Shown here: piece after piece, positions 28,701-43,800 of the stretch
Layout: the number at the start of each line of letters is the position of its first letter
Numbering within the stretch: position 1 is the first letter of the stretch
Assembly: GCA_012295275.1 (NCBI GenBank)
Contig: CM022671.1
Span: 21,638,001-21,702,000, forward strand
Direction: 5' to 3'
Length of the DNA stretch: 64,000 nt
DNA from: Chrysomallon squamiferum
Taxonomy: Eukaryota; Animalia; Mollusca
The notes under the pieces: generated by a model
Told to the model about the DNA's origin: nothing
Database searches by the model: none
Seen by the model: the letters and a program-made list of their open reading frames with translations, nothing else
Translations under genes and position numbers: made by a program

Positions 28701-29010
28701 GGTAGTAGTAGAAGTAATGGTAATGGTAGTAGTAGTCGTGGCAGTAGTAGTACAAGTATAGTGTATAAAACTAGAAACAAAATAGATGTAATTATTAGTA
28801 TTAGTATAATTATAGCATGCTGTGTGTAACTGCTCAGTGTTTAGGAGCTCTTCAGTTCCACACATTTCTAACAGGTGTCACTGTTTTTGTTATTTTCAGA
28901 TTGCTGCAGCCAGTCGTATTCCAGGAATCACTCCTGCAGCCATTGTCATTCTTCTCAAACATGTCAAAACAAACATGACCAGCAAAGAAACAAATTTCAG
29001 TAGTTTATGA
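20731..29010 (+). CDS. MTO1: Mitochondrial tRNA wobble-uridine modification enzyme MTO1 (GidA/MnmG family), 3' part, 9 exons; 5' exons not found in the window
   Basis: Exons 20731-20804, 21466-21582, 23219-23348, 24013-24217, 25471-25633, 26236-26354, 27050-27146, 28006-28060, 28900-29010 (TGA). Translation gives GidA/MnmG hallmarks: [124 protein letters not shown]. Phases are consistent except for one missing base at 23224-23226. One donor is GC (24218). Confidence 0.95.
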
Positions 29011-31253
29011 TGACAGGAAGTTGTGACCAACCAGAAGACTGTTATTCATGTAACTCAAAAGCAAAGCACAAATTTTGTTATAATTTTATACCAAAAATTA
29101 ATTTCTGTGTGATATATATGTAAATGGCATGTGTGTATGATTTGTTTTTTTTTAATATAATAATAATGTGATGTTTGTAATATGATAATATTTATCACTG
29201 CTGTTTAGTGGTGATAAAGAAAATTAATCATGTAAAATATTTTGTTTAAGAAAACATCAGAAAGATGTTTTTACCATTACTAATTTTAGCATTGCTAAGT
29301 TAATTAAATCAGTAAAAATATCATTTTAGACTGAATTACATCCACTGAATCCTTAATTTCTTTACTTTCCAAGTTGTAATGAGAATCTGCTGGTAAATAT
29401 TTGAACTGTGGTAAAAGGCAGTGATATACAGGCAATATGCAGGTCCCGTGAAAATGTGATATAATACTGCAGAAATTGTTATAACTATTACATTTGTGAT
29501 CAGTTTGGATTCTGGGTAAATCACAAATATGACTGCTATGGAGGTCACTAAAGGTAACACATTTAATGCAAGACCAGATCCAGGATTTTGTAAAAGAAGA
29601 TAAAACCTTTTAAAAACAGTTATTTTTGTTTTTAATAAAGAAAAAAAATTACTCTTCAGGGATTCTGGGTATCCCCCTGAATCTGAATATCTCCTGTATT
29701 TGTAATCTCACACACATAATCTCTACTGTAATTTTAAAATCCATCTTGCAAAACCACATTAGTCATTTGTTTGTAGCATAACCTTATTACCCTGAAACAG
29801 TAACATGTTTATGATATTAATTAGCTAAACTAAATTATTAATGTTTTTGTTAATAGTTTACTGTTGTGCCTCTTAATGAATTTGACAAAATACATTTGTT
29901 AATGATTTATCTTGTTTTTTGTTTTTGTAATCTGCAGTGGTTTAATAAATATTTCTAACTATAATTATCTTTACTTTATTTATTTATGATTAATTGTTGT
30001 TGTTGTTGCTGTTGTTGTTATGAATTTAGATTTATAATCATATAAATTCAAAACGTAAAATTGTACTTAACACACTAATGTGTCCTAAAAGACTGAGCCA
30101 TTAGATTTCAGGCTTTTGGTGGGGGAGGTGTTTCTTTATTTCTTCTTGTTTAAAACATAATAATAAAATAAAATCTTTTAAATTTGAAAAGTATAAAATT
30201 ATTTTATTAAAGCAATTTTGTTATTATTATTACTTTTCATTATTAAAAAGGTAATATCTTTTCCTTTAACGTAATAAAAGTATTTTTAATTATGGAATTA
30301 ACATATAAAATAGCATTCATAAAATTCATTGTGTTTTAATTAGTTTGTATTTAAGATTACATGGTAAGAGCAACATGCAAAATTAAACAAACACATCCTA
30401 GACTGAACCAATTAAATCAAGAAACTAACTGTAAAATTTTAAAATGTTACAAGAAGATTTTAGAAATATACAAAATTTATTAAAAACAAGACTGAAAATT
30501 TAAATATTTTTATGATTGTTATTATTATCTTTGTGATTATCATATCATATCATACTGCTATTAATATTATCATCAGTGTTCTTATTATTATCCATTTTGA
30601 TAATTAAATTAACAAAAAAATAAAGTTAAATTATCTTAATAACAAAATTAAAAATTAACAAACTCTCTCAAAAGAAGCAACACCTTCAGTGCATATCAGA
30701 ATAAATGTTTGTGTTGTTAAGTGTGCAAAAATCAATAAATCGCAAAATCGATCATCTTCAATGAACACATTGTGCCTATTCCAACTTTAATATGTTGCTG
30801 TTTGTGAAGGCACATACATACATTATACTACACAAACATACAGGCCTTGGCAGAGAATTTTCATGAATAAGAGAACAAGTGCTCACTTACTGAAGTTGAA
30901 CTCTAAACTGTTGAGTGTATGATTCAGTGAACAGAATGTTTAAGAAGAACTGACTCGGTTTTGCCTTACAAAGCTGATCTAACTTTACACTGGTAGACCT
31001 TAAAGTAAAATAATTTTGTTTTAAGTTAAAAATGTTTTTAAAAATGAGATGAATATTACAGTAAATTTTTTATTTTATTTTATTTTTTCTGTGTCCCCAC
31101 AAAAAATATAATAGAAATTGATATACAGATACACACACAATACACACTGACACACAGGTGCATACAGACACATACACACTCACACACGAACATAAATATA
31201 TATATATACACAAACACATACATCCCTCTACATAAATAAATTCAATCACATAG

Positions 31254-31294
<41 letters not shown>

Positions 31295-31712
31295 GACAAA
31301 TACATCTGTAATATGTATGTGCTTGTCCATGCATACTTGTGTGCATGTATCTATACAGAATACACAGCCATACAAGATAATATCTAGATTAAGCTTATAT
31401 TGTTATTGGTATATTACTTTATTCTAATGTTACAAAGTTGTATTTGGCCAGTAAAGGAAACCCTACTTGTAGTTACATGTTATCAATGTGAGGTTCTATT
31501 TTTAAACTTTAATAGCTGGCGTGTTATCTTCATGTAACACCCCCAACTTGACTACTTGAAAGAAATTCTGTACTTTAACATACTTATACCCTATCTGTCA
31601 ATCTCTGTCTTTTTCTGTTTTTATCTCTCTATCTCCTCTCTCTCTTATTCATTTCTTTCTAAATCTTTCTGTCTTTCTCACTCTCACTCTTTCTCTTTTC
31701 TGTATAAATATC

Positions 31713-31813
<101 letters not shown>

Positions 31814-32389
31814 GTCAACATCTCTCACTTTCTAAAGTTTCATCCCATTATTATTATTAATTTATTTTAACAAACATAACTGAGCTCACCTCATATAATC
31901 TTTGGTAAAAATAATAATAATAATAATAACAATTAGGAGTAGTAGTAGTAGCAGTAGAGTAATAGCAGTTATTGTAGTACTAGTAGTTTTTTAATTATTT
32001 CTATTATTATCAGAGTTTATACACAGAATGTAAAAATTGATGAGACAAGATTATTAACTATAATATATATACTGATAATAACCTATATACTTGTCATCTA
32101 TAAGCATCTTACACTTTATCACAAGAGTTTGCGTTACAAAGGTTAAGACAAGATAACACGTATCCGATAATTTTATTAAAGTATAAAACTGATTACTTAG
32201 AAATGTAGGTAAGCTGTAAGTGGTTAGAGTACAGGTATGAGTCATGACAAATGATGGGATCAGTCATTTTCGGTATGGATCTTTGGCAGTTTCCTATTCC
32301 AGCCAGTGCCCCAGCACACGTTTATCCCCTGCCAAAAAAAAAATAATAATAATACATTTTTAAAATTTTAAATTTTCCTATTCGTTGCA

Positions 32390-33260
32390 TGATGCAGAAA
32401 AAAGTTTCTTTGCAATTAATTAGTAGAAATAATTTTGAGAATTTCAGCAGAAGTTTTCCATCATCATGTCAAGACTGAACTGAATGATCTCTACGAGAGA
32501 AAGATGCAGTGAAGACTGTCCACTTGTTTTAGAAGGATAGTTTACCTAAAAAAAAAAAAAAAAAAATTGTTTTTTAAAAAGTCATCAGTACGAGAAAAAA
32601 TATGATAAGACTTCTTGTAATAACAAACATTTCAAAGAAATGGGGAAAAATTATTTCTAAACGGCATCAAGCACACTTTAATGTATCAGAAATCCATTTC
32701 AGACATTGTGGACAAACATCTCTGTCACAAAGATGCCACCAACATTAAGTACATCTGTGGACAACTGCGGGTCCGTAAAAAGTATTTAATTTGTTTTGAT
32801 GATGGCTTATATTTGTAATTATATCAGACACATTCGTGTTTTCAATATCCTAGGTTATACAAGGTTAATTGCATTCTTGCCTTTGTTTTATCTTTGTTAA
32901 CAGTTTTTTACTATAATGGTCTCTCCACTATTAAAGAGGTTTTTGAAACATGTAATGCCATCTGGTACTAATATGTTTGATTAAATAATACGGCCATATC
33001 TTTATTTTGAGGGCAGTTGTATCTTCTAGTCATCATCAAAGCTGAAACAGTTATCAGACTGAACCTAAAATATTTACTATCAGCCAAGATGAAACCTCGA
33101 GAAGCATCGAAAAACTGAAGTTATATTTATCCTTCTCTGAACTGTCTAACGAAGCCATCGTCACTAAATTAAACACCATCGACATCTTAACTTCATCTTT
33201 ATTAAGATTTAAAATTAATTATGATAAAATGATTCGAAATAGCGTCACCGCGCCAAATTT
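32390..33260 (-). mobile_element. Possible heavily decayed DNA-transposon relic (piggyBac-like)
   Basis: Complex, CpG-containing intergenic sequence. Broken minus-strand peptides occur in the order expected for a piggyBac transposase: acidic N-terminal stretch (DEV..DVDGV*FSDDGF), FTDPQLSTDVLNVGGIFVT, HDDGKLLLK..IISTN. Many stops and frameshifts, and no terminal repeats identified. Confidence 0.2.
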
Positions 33261-33387
33261 TATAACGTTTTTAATGAGCTAGGGAACTAACAGTGCACAA
33301 CAGCTGTTGTCCTTTCTGCATCTTCAACCGTTGTGAGACGTGAACTTAATATACGAGGCGCTGGAATGCGCTTCAGTCAGCTGACGT

Positions 33388-33421
<34 letters not shown>

Positions 33422-33926
33422 CAGCTTATATCAATGAGCGTAAAACGTAATGATTTCGCCTCTAAAATTATCAGAAAAAATCGATCTCCAACACAGAAGC
33501 GTTCGACTGTTCCATATAATCAGGCTTCGTGAGGATTCATCTTCAGCAGATCGGACGAACAAGGTTGACTCATGAAGGACAAAAATGACATTCGTTGCTA
33601 TGTTCACATCTTGTCCGAAAAATGAAGTCGTAACCCAGAAGAATGTTTTTTTTTTTTTTTAATATTCAAAGCCACTCCACTTCATTACCACTCCTTACCA
33701 ATACTGTCCATAAAAGATATTCAAATGAATTGGAATGAGTCATGATCAGTTATATCGATAAATCCAGCGCTTTGTTAAAGCATGTAACCTTTGTGTATGT
33801 ACAATTGTAAACAGATACACAGAATTGCCTATTAGTATGTTAGCATTCAAATATAGCCTTGTGACAATATGAAATGTTTGTATACAGGTAAACAAAAATT
33901 TGCACTAAATTATAATTTTGGTACTA

Positions 33927-33980
<54 letters not shown>

Positions 33981-34046
33981 ATATGTATACACATATATAT
34001 ATATATGTGTATGTGTATGTTTGTCACTGCATATATATATACACAG

Positions 34047-34119
<73 letters not shown>

Positions 34120-35226
34120 AGAAAACAATTAAAAAATAATAAAATTTCATAATCTACCAGTCTATATAATTAAATGCATATATTCTTGTTCTTTTTTCTT
34201 CTTTTTTAAGTTCTCTTTACAAGATTTTATATAATTATATTTAATAAAGCATATTTTAAAACATTTTTAAAATAATTTTATATTCACAATAAATCATCAT
34301 TTTTCTTTTTCAAATGTAATCTTTGGTTGTAAAACACTCAACACTCATAAATTATATGCCGAAACGAATTTTTTTTTTTTTTTTTTTTTTTTAATATCTC
34401 CGCAAAACAATAACTTTCTCAATATGTCTCTCACATGCAACAATTTTCCAATTATTATTTGAATAAACATATTGTATAATACAAGTATGCAAATCCGCCC
34501 GGAAAGGGTGGGTGACTAACGCAAATTATTTCTTTTTGTTCGCCTAGACAATGAAAAGGATTGTAACTGCAAAAAGGTGTAGAGTCTATCCTACAACATA
34601 TTTAATAACGCGCATAACCTTCCCCCCCCCAACTCCACTCTTTTCTTAAAGTCTTGCTTCGTCCCTGACACGTTAATATTTTTTATAAACAAATAATGTT
34701 ATTCTGACATACCTAACTTCAAATTAATATGTTTTAAAATGTCACATTTAAGTCAAAAGAGGTCACACACGCCTTTGAAATTAAAATTCTGTTCTGTATT
34801 GTAATAATTCTAAAAAGTATGGGTCATTTAGTATATATATATATATATATATATATAAATATACACAGCGTAGTAGGTAATATACACCTTTTATGGCTTG
34901 TGAGTTCTCTAAATGTGGAGTTATAAGTCTATTGTCGTTACGGACGATATGCGTTGTATTTGACAGTGACGTTAAAGGCCACTGTCAGGGGCGGTGCTAC
35001 GAGTTAGGAAAGATGGGTGAGCCATCGAAACCAGTTTCGTTATGCTGTATGGATGAAACACGTACACATAACAAATAACAACAAATTATTTAAAAACAGA
35101 TTGTAGCAGCGTCCCTTTCTCGAATTCGTGTATGGGTAAACAAAATACAGCAACATACTTGTTATTATACATATCAGTAAATTTTACTGTTGTATAGAGT
35201 TCTTAGTTGTTACGCACATGTTGCTT

Positions 35227-35230
<4 letters not shown>

Positions 35231-35321
<91 letters not shown>

Positions 35322-35360
35322 GGACGGACGGACACACACACACACACACGCACACACACA
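35231..35360. repeat. (TA)n followed by (CA)n microsatellite
   Basis: ~90 bp pure TA run, then CGGA x3 and a CA run; source of several YIYIYI pseudo-ORFs. Confidence 0.97.
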
Positions 35361-36450
35361 AATACAAATCAGAGATAAGGCGACAGAGAATCCTAAAATG
35401 TCTGTTTTGACAGTACACAAACTTAGAAAAACAAACCAAAACAAAACCATGGTTTCTTCCTTTTTATTTACAGATGAGATTAAAATATCATTCTCAGCAC
35501 ACAAATCCTGAATCCACACGATCTGATTCATTATGAAGGTTATAAAACGGGCTGCATAGTTACGATTCGACTCAAATTACTTTAATAAAAATGTTCAAAG
35601 GTAATTAAAATTGCACCGTTTATGTGTGTGTCAATCAGTGTTTATGCGTTTTAAAAATTTATTATTGGTATTATAATTATTTTTATCTTGGACACTGTGT
35701 CTACATTTACTTTTGACTGATCCCGAATATTTCATCATTTGGAAAATATTATTATTATCATTAGTCATGAAAATAGTTAAACATCCAAAAATATTTCTAT
35801 TTGGAGAATACAGAGTAGTCCAAGGTCGTGCTTTTCGTTTCAGTGAGACCAGACGATACGTTATCGCTAAAGATCGGAAACATTCGTACGTTTGTAGATA
35901 GCTATGTCCGTTAAGAAAAAGTTTCATGTGAACTCATCTTCCTCCGTTTCTTCAGAACTGATATGAGTCTCTTTACCAGTTTTTATCATATACACTGGTC
36001 ATTTCCTTGTATTCACAAACCAGAAATGTTTGTATAAATGCGATCTCATAGTTTAACTCATGTTCGATGTTTTAGTCCATTTATTAATAACAAAACGTAC
36101 ATCGAATGAACATGTCAAATGTGAATGGATGACAACAAAAGTGTGTTTATATATTAAATGGACATAAACATATAATCGATCACAAATGAAAGGGTTTTCT
36201 CTTATTTTAATGTATTTATGTTTCTTCTTTTATATTTTTAATTTGTTTATATTTTTTATTATAACTTCTTTTCTTTTTTTTAATTATTATTTATTATTTC
36301 TCTATGTATTTTTAATGAATGAATGAATTTGTATACTATTTTTTAAAAACAAAAATGTTCTAATTATTATTATTATTCTTTTTCACAGGTTGGAGTATTT
36401 TTGCGGGGGAACTATTTTAGTTATATGCTTTTTTTCTTTACATTGTTTAG

Positions 36451-36510
<60 letters not shown>

Positions 36511-37504
36511 TTTAAATCATCTTCCAAAGACAGCAAGAAAAATACGTTTAGCAGTATCAAAAATACCAGTATAGGAAACAAAAAAGAAAAGAAGCCAGCT
36601 TATCCAAATAAAGCGAAGAATATTTTACTGAACGAAAACAAAGATGTATACTATTAATGAAAACAAAAAGAACATTGCTTCTCATAATAATATACGTATA
36701 ACCATTTTGTGCGAGTAAATAGGATTCTGATTATTGTAGCAGAGTGGTCCGAACCCCACTTCAGTTTCGGACAGACCCGTGCCTGTTTTTTGAAAAACAA
36801 TAGGTCTCAACACAATTGAGTGTATGTGGTTTATTTCCGTAAAAGACTGGCCACGTACAGTGAAAAGTGAAAGCACGTGGTTAGTGCGAGTTAAATAAAG
36901 ATGGATTTCACTTCTCGTCAAATACGTCGTCTAAGAACACCGGCTAAGGCATGATCCAGTGCACTGTTTGAAGTTCTCCGTTCTAAACAATAACGCCGTG
37001 GCAGCTTCAGTTATTTACCGTTGTAATATTGTTCTTTGTCTGATTTATCTTAGGACGTATTATTCCTACAATATATACGTATGTATGCACGTGTGTGTTA
37101 ATGAAATTATAATTAATTATAAATTAAACCGTTTTAATTAGGGATCTTTAATACAACATATTTTGGAACACTTTTCTCGATCATTTTATTTGTTTATAAT
37201 TATTACAAAACATTCTGTTACGATTCTGATTGTGTGTGTTACACTGGCCACATTATGTATACTGCTAAATTATATTAAATAAGTGGCATCAAAACTTGAA
37301 AGTGACAAATAAATCCCTGACAGTTTTCAAGTGGATAGATGTTAATTACAAATGTTGTATAAAATTGAGCTACAGTGCCTATGTCTCTTTTAATCACTAC
37401 ATGTTAGCTATGATTCGCATATGAATATAATATTCTCAAAATAATATGTTTGTCAAGGAAACATTACATCGATTCAACTTAGACGATTTGACGAAAAGGG
37501 CGAC

Positions 37505-37893
37505 TTTCTGCCCAATAAGGATCTTAGATAGCTTGTTGAATTTTGTGACTCACTTTGCCTTATATGGAATTTGTCTCGTTCACATTTGGTATGCGGCACG
37601 GAATAAAAGCAGCCAATCCGCAATCGCGAGATCAGATACGGCGTTTTTAGAAACGAAGGGAGTCGAAATAACATAAGAAAACCAGGTTACTCGTACAGTT
37701 TTTCCTGCAGTTAATATTGTTACTTATTTCCTTTGTACTGAAATAATTTTGTGATAACAATATTTTGCGAAAATATAGAAAATTTCCTAACATCTGAACG
37801 TTGCAAAGTTGATTTAAGTATATTTCCTTTCGTTCCTCTTAGGCGGCGGATTCGACCCCATTTCGCATTCTCCTTTTGCTCAAGCAAGACAAA
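37505..37893 (+). promoter_or_regulatory. Probable promoter and 5'UTR of the cofilin gene
   Basis: Locally CpG-rich, CCAAT at ~37512 and 37613-37617, TCGCGAGA just after. Candidate donor CAG|gttact at 37685/37686 and pyrimidine-rich acceptor cctcttag| at 37842/37843, suggesting a short non-coding first exon. Confidence 0.5.
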
Positions 37894-40888
37894 ATGGCGT
37901 CAGGTATTTCTGTCGAGCAAGAATGTGTTGATATTTTCCAAGAGCAAAAGTCAGGTCGGCAGTACCGACTTATTTCGTATATGATCACCCCTGATAAAAA
38001 GGGAATCGTCGTTGATCAGAAATATGTAAAAAGAATGGAAACGGAAGAATGTCTGAAGAAGACGAGATCGTCAGATTATGATTCGGACGAATCCAGAGCA
38101 CAGTTCGAAGCTCAGCAGAAAAAAGAATGGGAAAGTTTAATTTCTGATGAGGCAAATGTGCCGCCAAAAGACTGTAGATGGATTTCAGCAGACTTGTCGT
38201 ATATTGGAAAAGGCAACACATATACCGACAAGGTTGTGCTCATTTCATGGTAAGTTGACGGCAGGTGCGGTTTAATGAATTTTAAAAAAGATAAAATATT
38301 TGAAAAGGAATTATTCAGTTAAACATAACAATAAATGTGTATACGGCATAATTAATAAATTGATAACTGACAGTATTTGAATTGTATTCCGATAACGTTA
38401 AACGTTTGACGATAAATCATGAAGGAAGTAGTTTACCGTGTTCAACGGTGTTGCTTTTGTTTTCCTTCAGACATAAATTTCCGTTGTGGAACTTGGTATT
38501 ATTATCAACGATATATATATAATATAAACGAATGTATACTGGGAGGAGGAAGAATGCAGGGAATTACAATATGTACAATTTTTAAATTCATTTTCCGTTG
38601 TCAAGAAATTTGAATTTACAATGATTCATAATATTTTAAATACAAGGCTTAACTGATAAATTCGGATTTTAAAAAATTATAAATAATTATAAAATATTGT
38701 TATTTTTATTAAAACTGATACATAACTGTCATTTGTAAAGTAATATTAATAAGATATCCGTACCACAAATCCAGTAATCTCTAATATGGATTACTGTGAA
38801 CAATAAAGGAGTCTTAGAATTATATTAAAATTTAAATTTTTATCATGTGACCTGATTTCCAGTTAAAAGTACAAAACTGAAGTGGGACAACAAGTAGGAT
38901 TTGCAGTTCATCAGCTACTTCCTTTTTAAAATCCCCCCCCCCCCAAGTAAATGACTGTGTCCATTTACTTGGTTAAATAATGACATACGACTTGATCTGA
39001 TCAGGGAAGTGGTATGACAAACAGGATGTAAATTTTCATAGTGGCTGCACATTTATATCTATTCAAAAAATATTAAACTTACTGTAACAAATTAATTGAA
39101 AATTATTTAATCTGTTATTAAATTAAAGTGTAATAGTTTTAAAATCAATGATGTCTTGAATAAAGTGTAATTAAAATATTAACTGGCAACCCCAAAATGG
39201 AACAGATAATTCAAAATGATTGTTTCCTAGCCTAGGACTGCAAAATGAATTATTTTATCATTGTCACTGTTACCATACAATAACATGACTACTTTGGGCA
39301 TTTACAAAAATTGAAACAGTGAATTTGCAAAATGAACTTTCCCTGATTCACAACCTCAATTGCCAACTCTTTCTTATTTGTTCATGAATACACACATAAC
39401 ATATGAAACAGACAAATGTACAATTTTAAAATCATAATTTATAGCCTACAAACAAGTTACTACAACAGTTTAGAAGATCCATCAATTGAAAAAAAAAAAA
39501 ACTTGGAATATTTATGAATAGTTAAAAGTAAAGACATTAAGAAGTCTACATAGTCTATGGATAGGCTGGATAACAGAATCCTGTTTCTAAAAGCAGTCAG
39601 TACTGGATTTGTGCTTTAAGAAAGTCTGAAAAAATAATTAAGGTAGTGTAAACAGACATTTATACTAAATATTTGTTCAAAATGTTAACATGAAATACAA
39701 TTCATTCGAAGTATTGTGTCAACTTTGTTACTGATAAAAGTTGATCAGAAAGAAAATTTAGGCAAACTTGATTCATGTTTATTGGATTTAGTCTGAATGA
39801 AACAAAATGTAAGATGACATTCTCTGTTATCTAATTACATTTAAATAATGTGATTTATGACCAGATCGTTTGATTGGTTGCTGATTACATAGACTGAGTA
39901 GCAGTAATTCCATATTTTAAAATAAAATATAATCTTTTGTTATTTTGTCCATAAATAATTGTACAAGCATTAATGCAGATGTTTGTTTTAATGATACTGT
40001 GGTGAAATGGATTAGCTGATTTTTAGTTTTATCTCAAAGAATAGGTGCTTTCTGAATTTCAGATGTTTTAATCTAGCAGAATATTTTAAATAACACTGAA
40101 CAAATACAGAGCTTACATGAAACTGTAGTGAAAAAAAGTATTAAATTTGATATTTAAACTGATAAGTAAAATGGAAGTATTTTGGTGGTGGTTCCCACTC
40201 TTATAGCATTAATGTGTGTTACAAATAGATAACAGTAGTACTTTTATTTGCTTGTTTGTTTCTCTCTTGTGGTGTGGTGTGTTTTTGTTTTGTTTATTTA
40301 TTTATTGTTTATTATTATTATTAAATATTCAGATATTTAATATATATTATATAGTAGATGTCTGGTAGGTAAATAGTCTTCAATACTGCACTGAGCTTGT
40401 TCTAGAATACTTTCCTATTTATCTATAGTCATAATTTTTTTTTTTTTTTATTTACCTTTTTAACTATACGAATTGATAAAGTTCACTAAATGTGATGTAA
40501 GAGCAGCATGGAAACTGACTTCATGTAAAAAGGAGGAACTTTCTTCCTTTGTATATTTGTTTTATTTTTGTGACCAGAAATGTACTGAATGTTAAATTTG
40601 ACCATTTTTAACACTGGGATAAAATAAACTTAAACCTTATTGGTGTCTTAATTTATTGCAGTTGCTAAAGCTATTCGAAACATGATTAAAGTCAGATAGT
40701 GTCACGTTTTCAAATTTATTTTCTTTTACAGGTGTCCAGATGATGCTAACGTCAAGAGCAAGATGGTTGCTTCAAGTAGCATAGATGCTTTGAAGAAAAA
40801 GTTGACCATTACAGGAGCTCATATACAAGCAAATGACTATGATGATATAAAGTATGAGAACGTCATAGCTTTCTTGAAAACCCATTAA
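37894..40888 (+). CDS. ADF/cofilin-family actin-depolymerising protein, 170 aa, 2 coding exons
   Basis: ATG at 37894 (aaaATGg); exon 37894-38249 (TG|gtaagt) and exon 40732-40888 (tacag|G, TAA). N-terminus MASGISV with Ser3, then YRLISYMITPDKKGIVV, PKDCRW, KVVLISWCPDDANVKSKMV, DALKKKL, IQANDYDDI, matching the ADF-H domain consensus. The 513 nt splice in frame. Confidence 0.92.
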
Positions 40889-43800
40889 GCTACATCTTGT
40901 AAAATAAGTTCAGTGCCCACATGGAATGATTGTAATCTGCAACTTTGATTATGAGGACTCAAAAAAAAAAAAAAAAAATTGTACAGCTGTAAGAACAAAA
41001 ATCTTCAGTGTTGCATTTTGTAAAATTCTCTACTAACAAATTATTTGAAAAAAGATAAGAGTAAAAAAAAATTAAAAAAAATAAAAATAAATTCTGATAA
41101 GTTTGTGTTGGATTCAGTGTCCTTTGTAATATATTTTTTCCATATGGATATGAAGAAGCTATGACAATAACAGGATATGTCAATGGATTATCACTACACA
41201 CAGCTTTCATTAAATTTAGGCACTAAAACTTCAGCGTATGGAATGTTTCACAGTTTTTTATTTCAAATTATTATATAACACTGTTAATTAGGACCACATA
41301 TGGTTTTTCATTTTTCATGTATGCTATTGATAGTATTCATAGTACTGATATATATAAATCTAATAATAAGGTGGGGAGGGAGTATTTATTATTTTTCTTA
41401 ATGTACTTTTGTATCTCCAATTACACAATGCATAGGCTATATTTATTTTTATTTTTTACATTGGGATTAATGTTATAATATTGTGTGTTGCTAGAAATCT
41501 TTCTGTAACTACACTAAGTGATTATTTCTTTCTGTTCAAAATGTGCCCAGAATTAATGTACAGAGATGATTACAGACAAAAAAAAAATTGTTAATTGTTC
41601 ATTATCAGTTTTCTACAAATAAAAATTTGAAATTTCTGAATACAAAATAAATTTGAATGTTTTCAATATTTTTTATTGTGTTGCTTAATAAAGGGTTGGG
41701 CGAGGGAGACCATTTGAACAAATAAAAGAAAATGGTTAATGTGTGTGGTTTTACACATGCTCAAGAATGTTCAAGTAAAACCATAATTATGTCCAATAAG
41801 AGCCAGTAGAGTTAGTTGGCAAAGCAATAAATGATTCCTTAATCACTGTAGTTGGTGTTTTTTCCTTAATGTGTAATCAGTTGATCTAGAATTAACCACA
41901 GTTGATCAGAGTTAAGAAATAAAAATTAGTAATCCACAGAAATGTCCAAAAATGCTGCCCACCTTCACATTGAAGAAAATAAATTTATTAAGATTGCATT
42001 AATAATTTCCTAAAATTCAGTTTTCATTAATACTGTGAATGTCAACTGAAATGAAAACCGTCCCAAAAGAAGTGAATATTATATTCAATTGTGTAAACAA
42101 GTACACAGGAATTTTACAATTTTAAAATGAACATGCTGTAATGTTGGCATTAACAATGATGATAAAATATTATAAACAGTGCAGTCCTTGCCTTGATGTT
42201 ATTTAATATTATCTTTGTTTTTAAATTTGGTTACAAAAGCTGTTTTCTTTTTTATGGAAAGAATTTTCTTTTATATTCTTAAAATGGTTTTAATGGATAA
42301 AAGACAGAATCAACTTACACTGCTAAATAAACTTGATCATCCCTTGGCACCTAAGTATTCTTGAATTAAGAAATGAGCCAAGTGTGAGCAGTACATATTA
42401 TGAAGATACATTTTGGAGTACAGCAATACACAAAATTTGGCATTAAAATGTTAGTAGAAATAAAAGGTTTTATGCAAAGTACTTAATATTTCTTTCAATG
42501 TCAGCAAGAATGATATAACACAAAGTACTGTTTATGTATTAGAATTAAACATATTTCAGAATATTTTAAAATAAATTTTCATTAAATTGCTTAATAGACA
42601 ATATGTTCTTTGTGCAGGGGTGTTGGTAAATTTTAATTTGCAAAAGTTATTTAAGAGTACTCAAAACTGACATCATGTAGGATCTATATCAGGAACTATG
42701 AACAGATTCTTTAAGTTGAAAGACTTGCAAAAAATGTGAGAACAGCTGTATTTTGATCATAGAGAAACTTAATGATTTTGGCCCAAACGGATTGCACAAA
42801 TGTTGAATACTGATTATTCAGCTAGTTTAAGGCACTTTTACATAATTAATTATAAAAATTTTAATTGTGAAATATTCGACATCTGGAGTTAAAACTTGAT
42901 TATTTTAGAAACTCAGAACAGTGAAACCTAAAATTACTTTACTACATAAGAGTATCTGCTTTTGTTGGTGTAAAATGTTCGTGCTAAGATAGGTAAAATA
43001 TTTTCACAGTTACTATTTCCATAAATGGAATTTTTATTTATTTATTATTATTATTATTTTTTAAATAATATAGTAGATATTGAAATTGTATTAAAAAATC
43101 TTGTGAATTTAAAGTTATTTGAAATAAAATTCTAACTCAGAATTCTATGTATTTAGTATTTTATTAACATTATATTCACACAGGTCTTGGGAATTCCCCT
43201 GTTTTGTTTTGTATTAATCAATTATTTTTTTTCTTCTCAAATATTTACATCTTAATCAAATAGTTTTATAAAATATTGCATCTTGTGAATTAATAATGAA
43301 ATAAAACATAATTTTAGCTCCCAACATTATTTTCTTTTTTTATATATGTTGCTGATATTCTTTATCAGATTTCAGCATAAAAGGATGTTAAAGGTTAATG
43401 AGGGTTTTTAAAGTAATGTGCTGTAAGTTTATCTAGCCCATGATTTATAAGAATGTCACTTTTGCAAAATGGAATGATTAGATGAACAAAAGAAAAAATG
43501 TCAAGACCCAGTAATAATTTGTATGTATGTTTGAGGCAAATGAATCATTTAATTTGGAATGCTATCCAGTAGATCTTATATGTGATCTTATACTTAGAAA
43601 ACAGTACCTAAGAAAGGATTTGAAGTATTTAAAAATTATAATTTTCAAACAATGATAGTTCACATAATTGTTATAAAATGTATTTATTTTAAAACTCCAT
43701 TCAAAATATTTTCTCGTTAGCGTGCATTTATTATTATTATATATTTTTTTTCCATGTGGAATAATCCAACTGCATACTTCCAACAAATTATTATTATTTT

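Noticed and set aside
29572-29690. Short imperfect inverted ends AGATCCAGG/CCTGAATCT suggesting a MITE (similar hints at ~34500-34670 and ~44990-45240)
   Set aside because: Too short and degenerate to call without genome-wide copy data.
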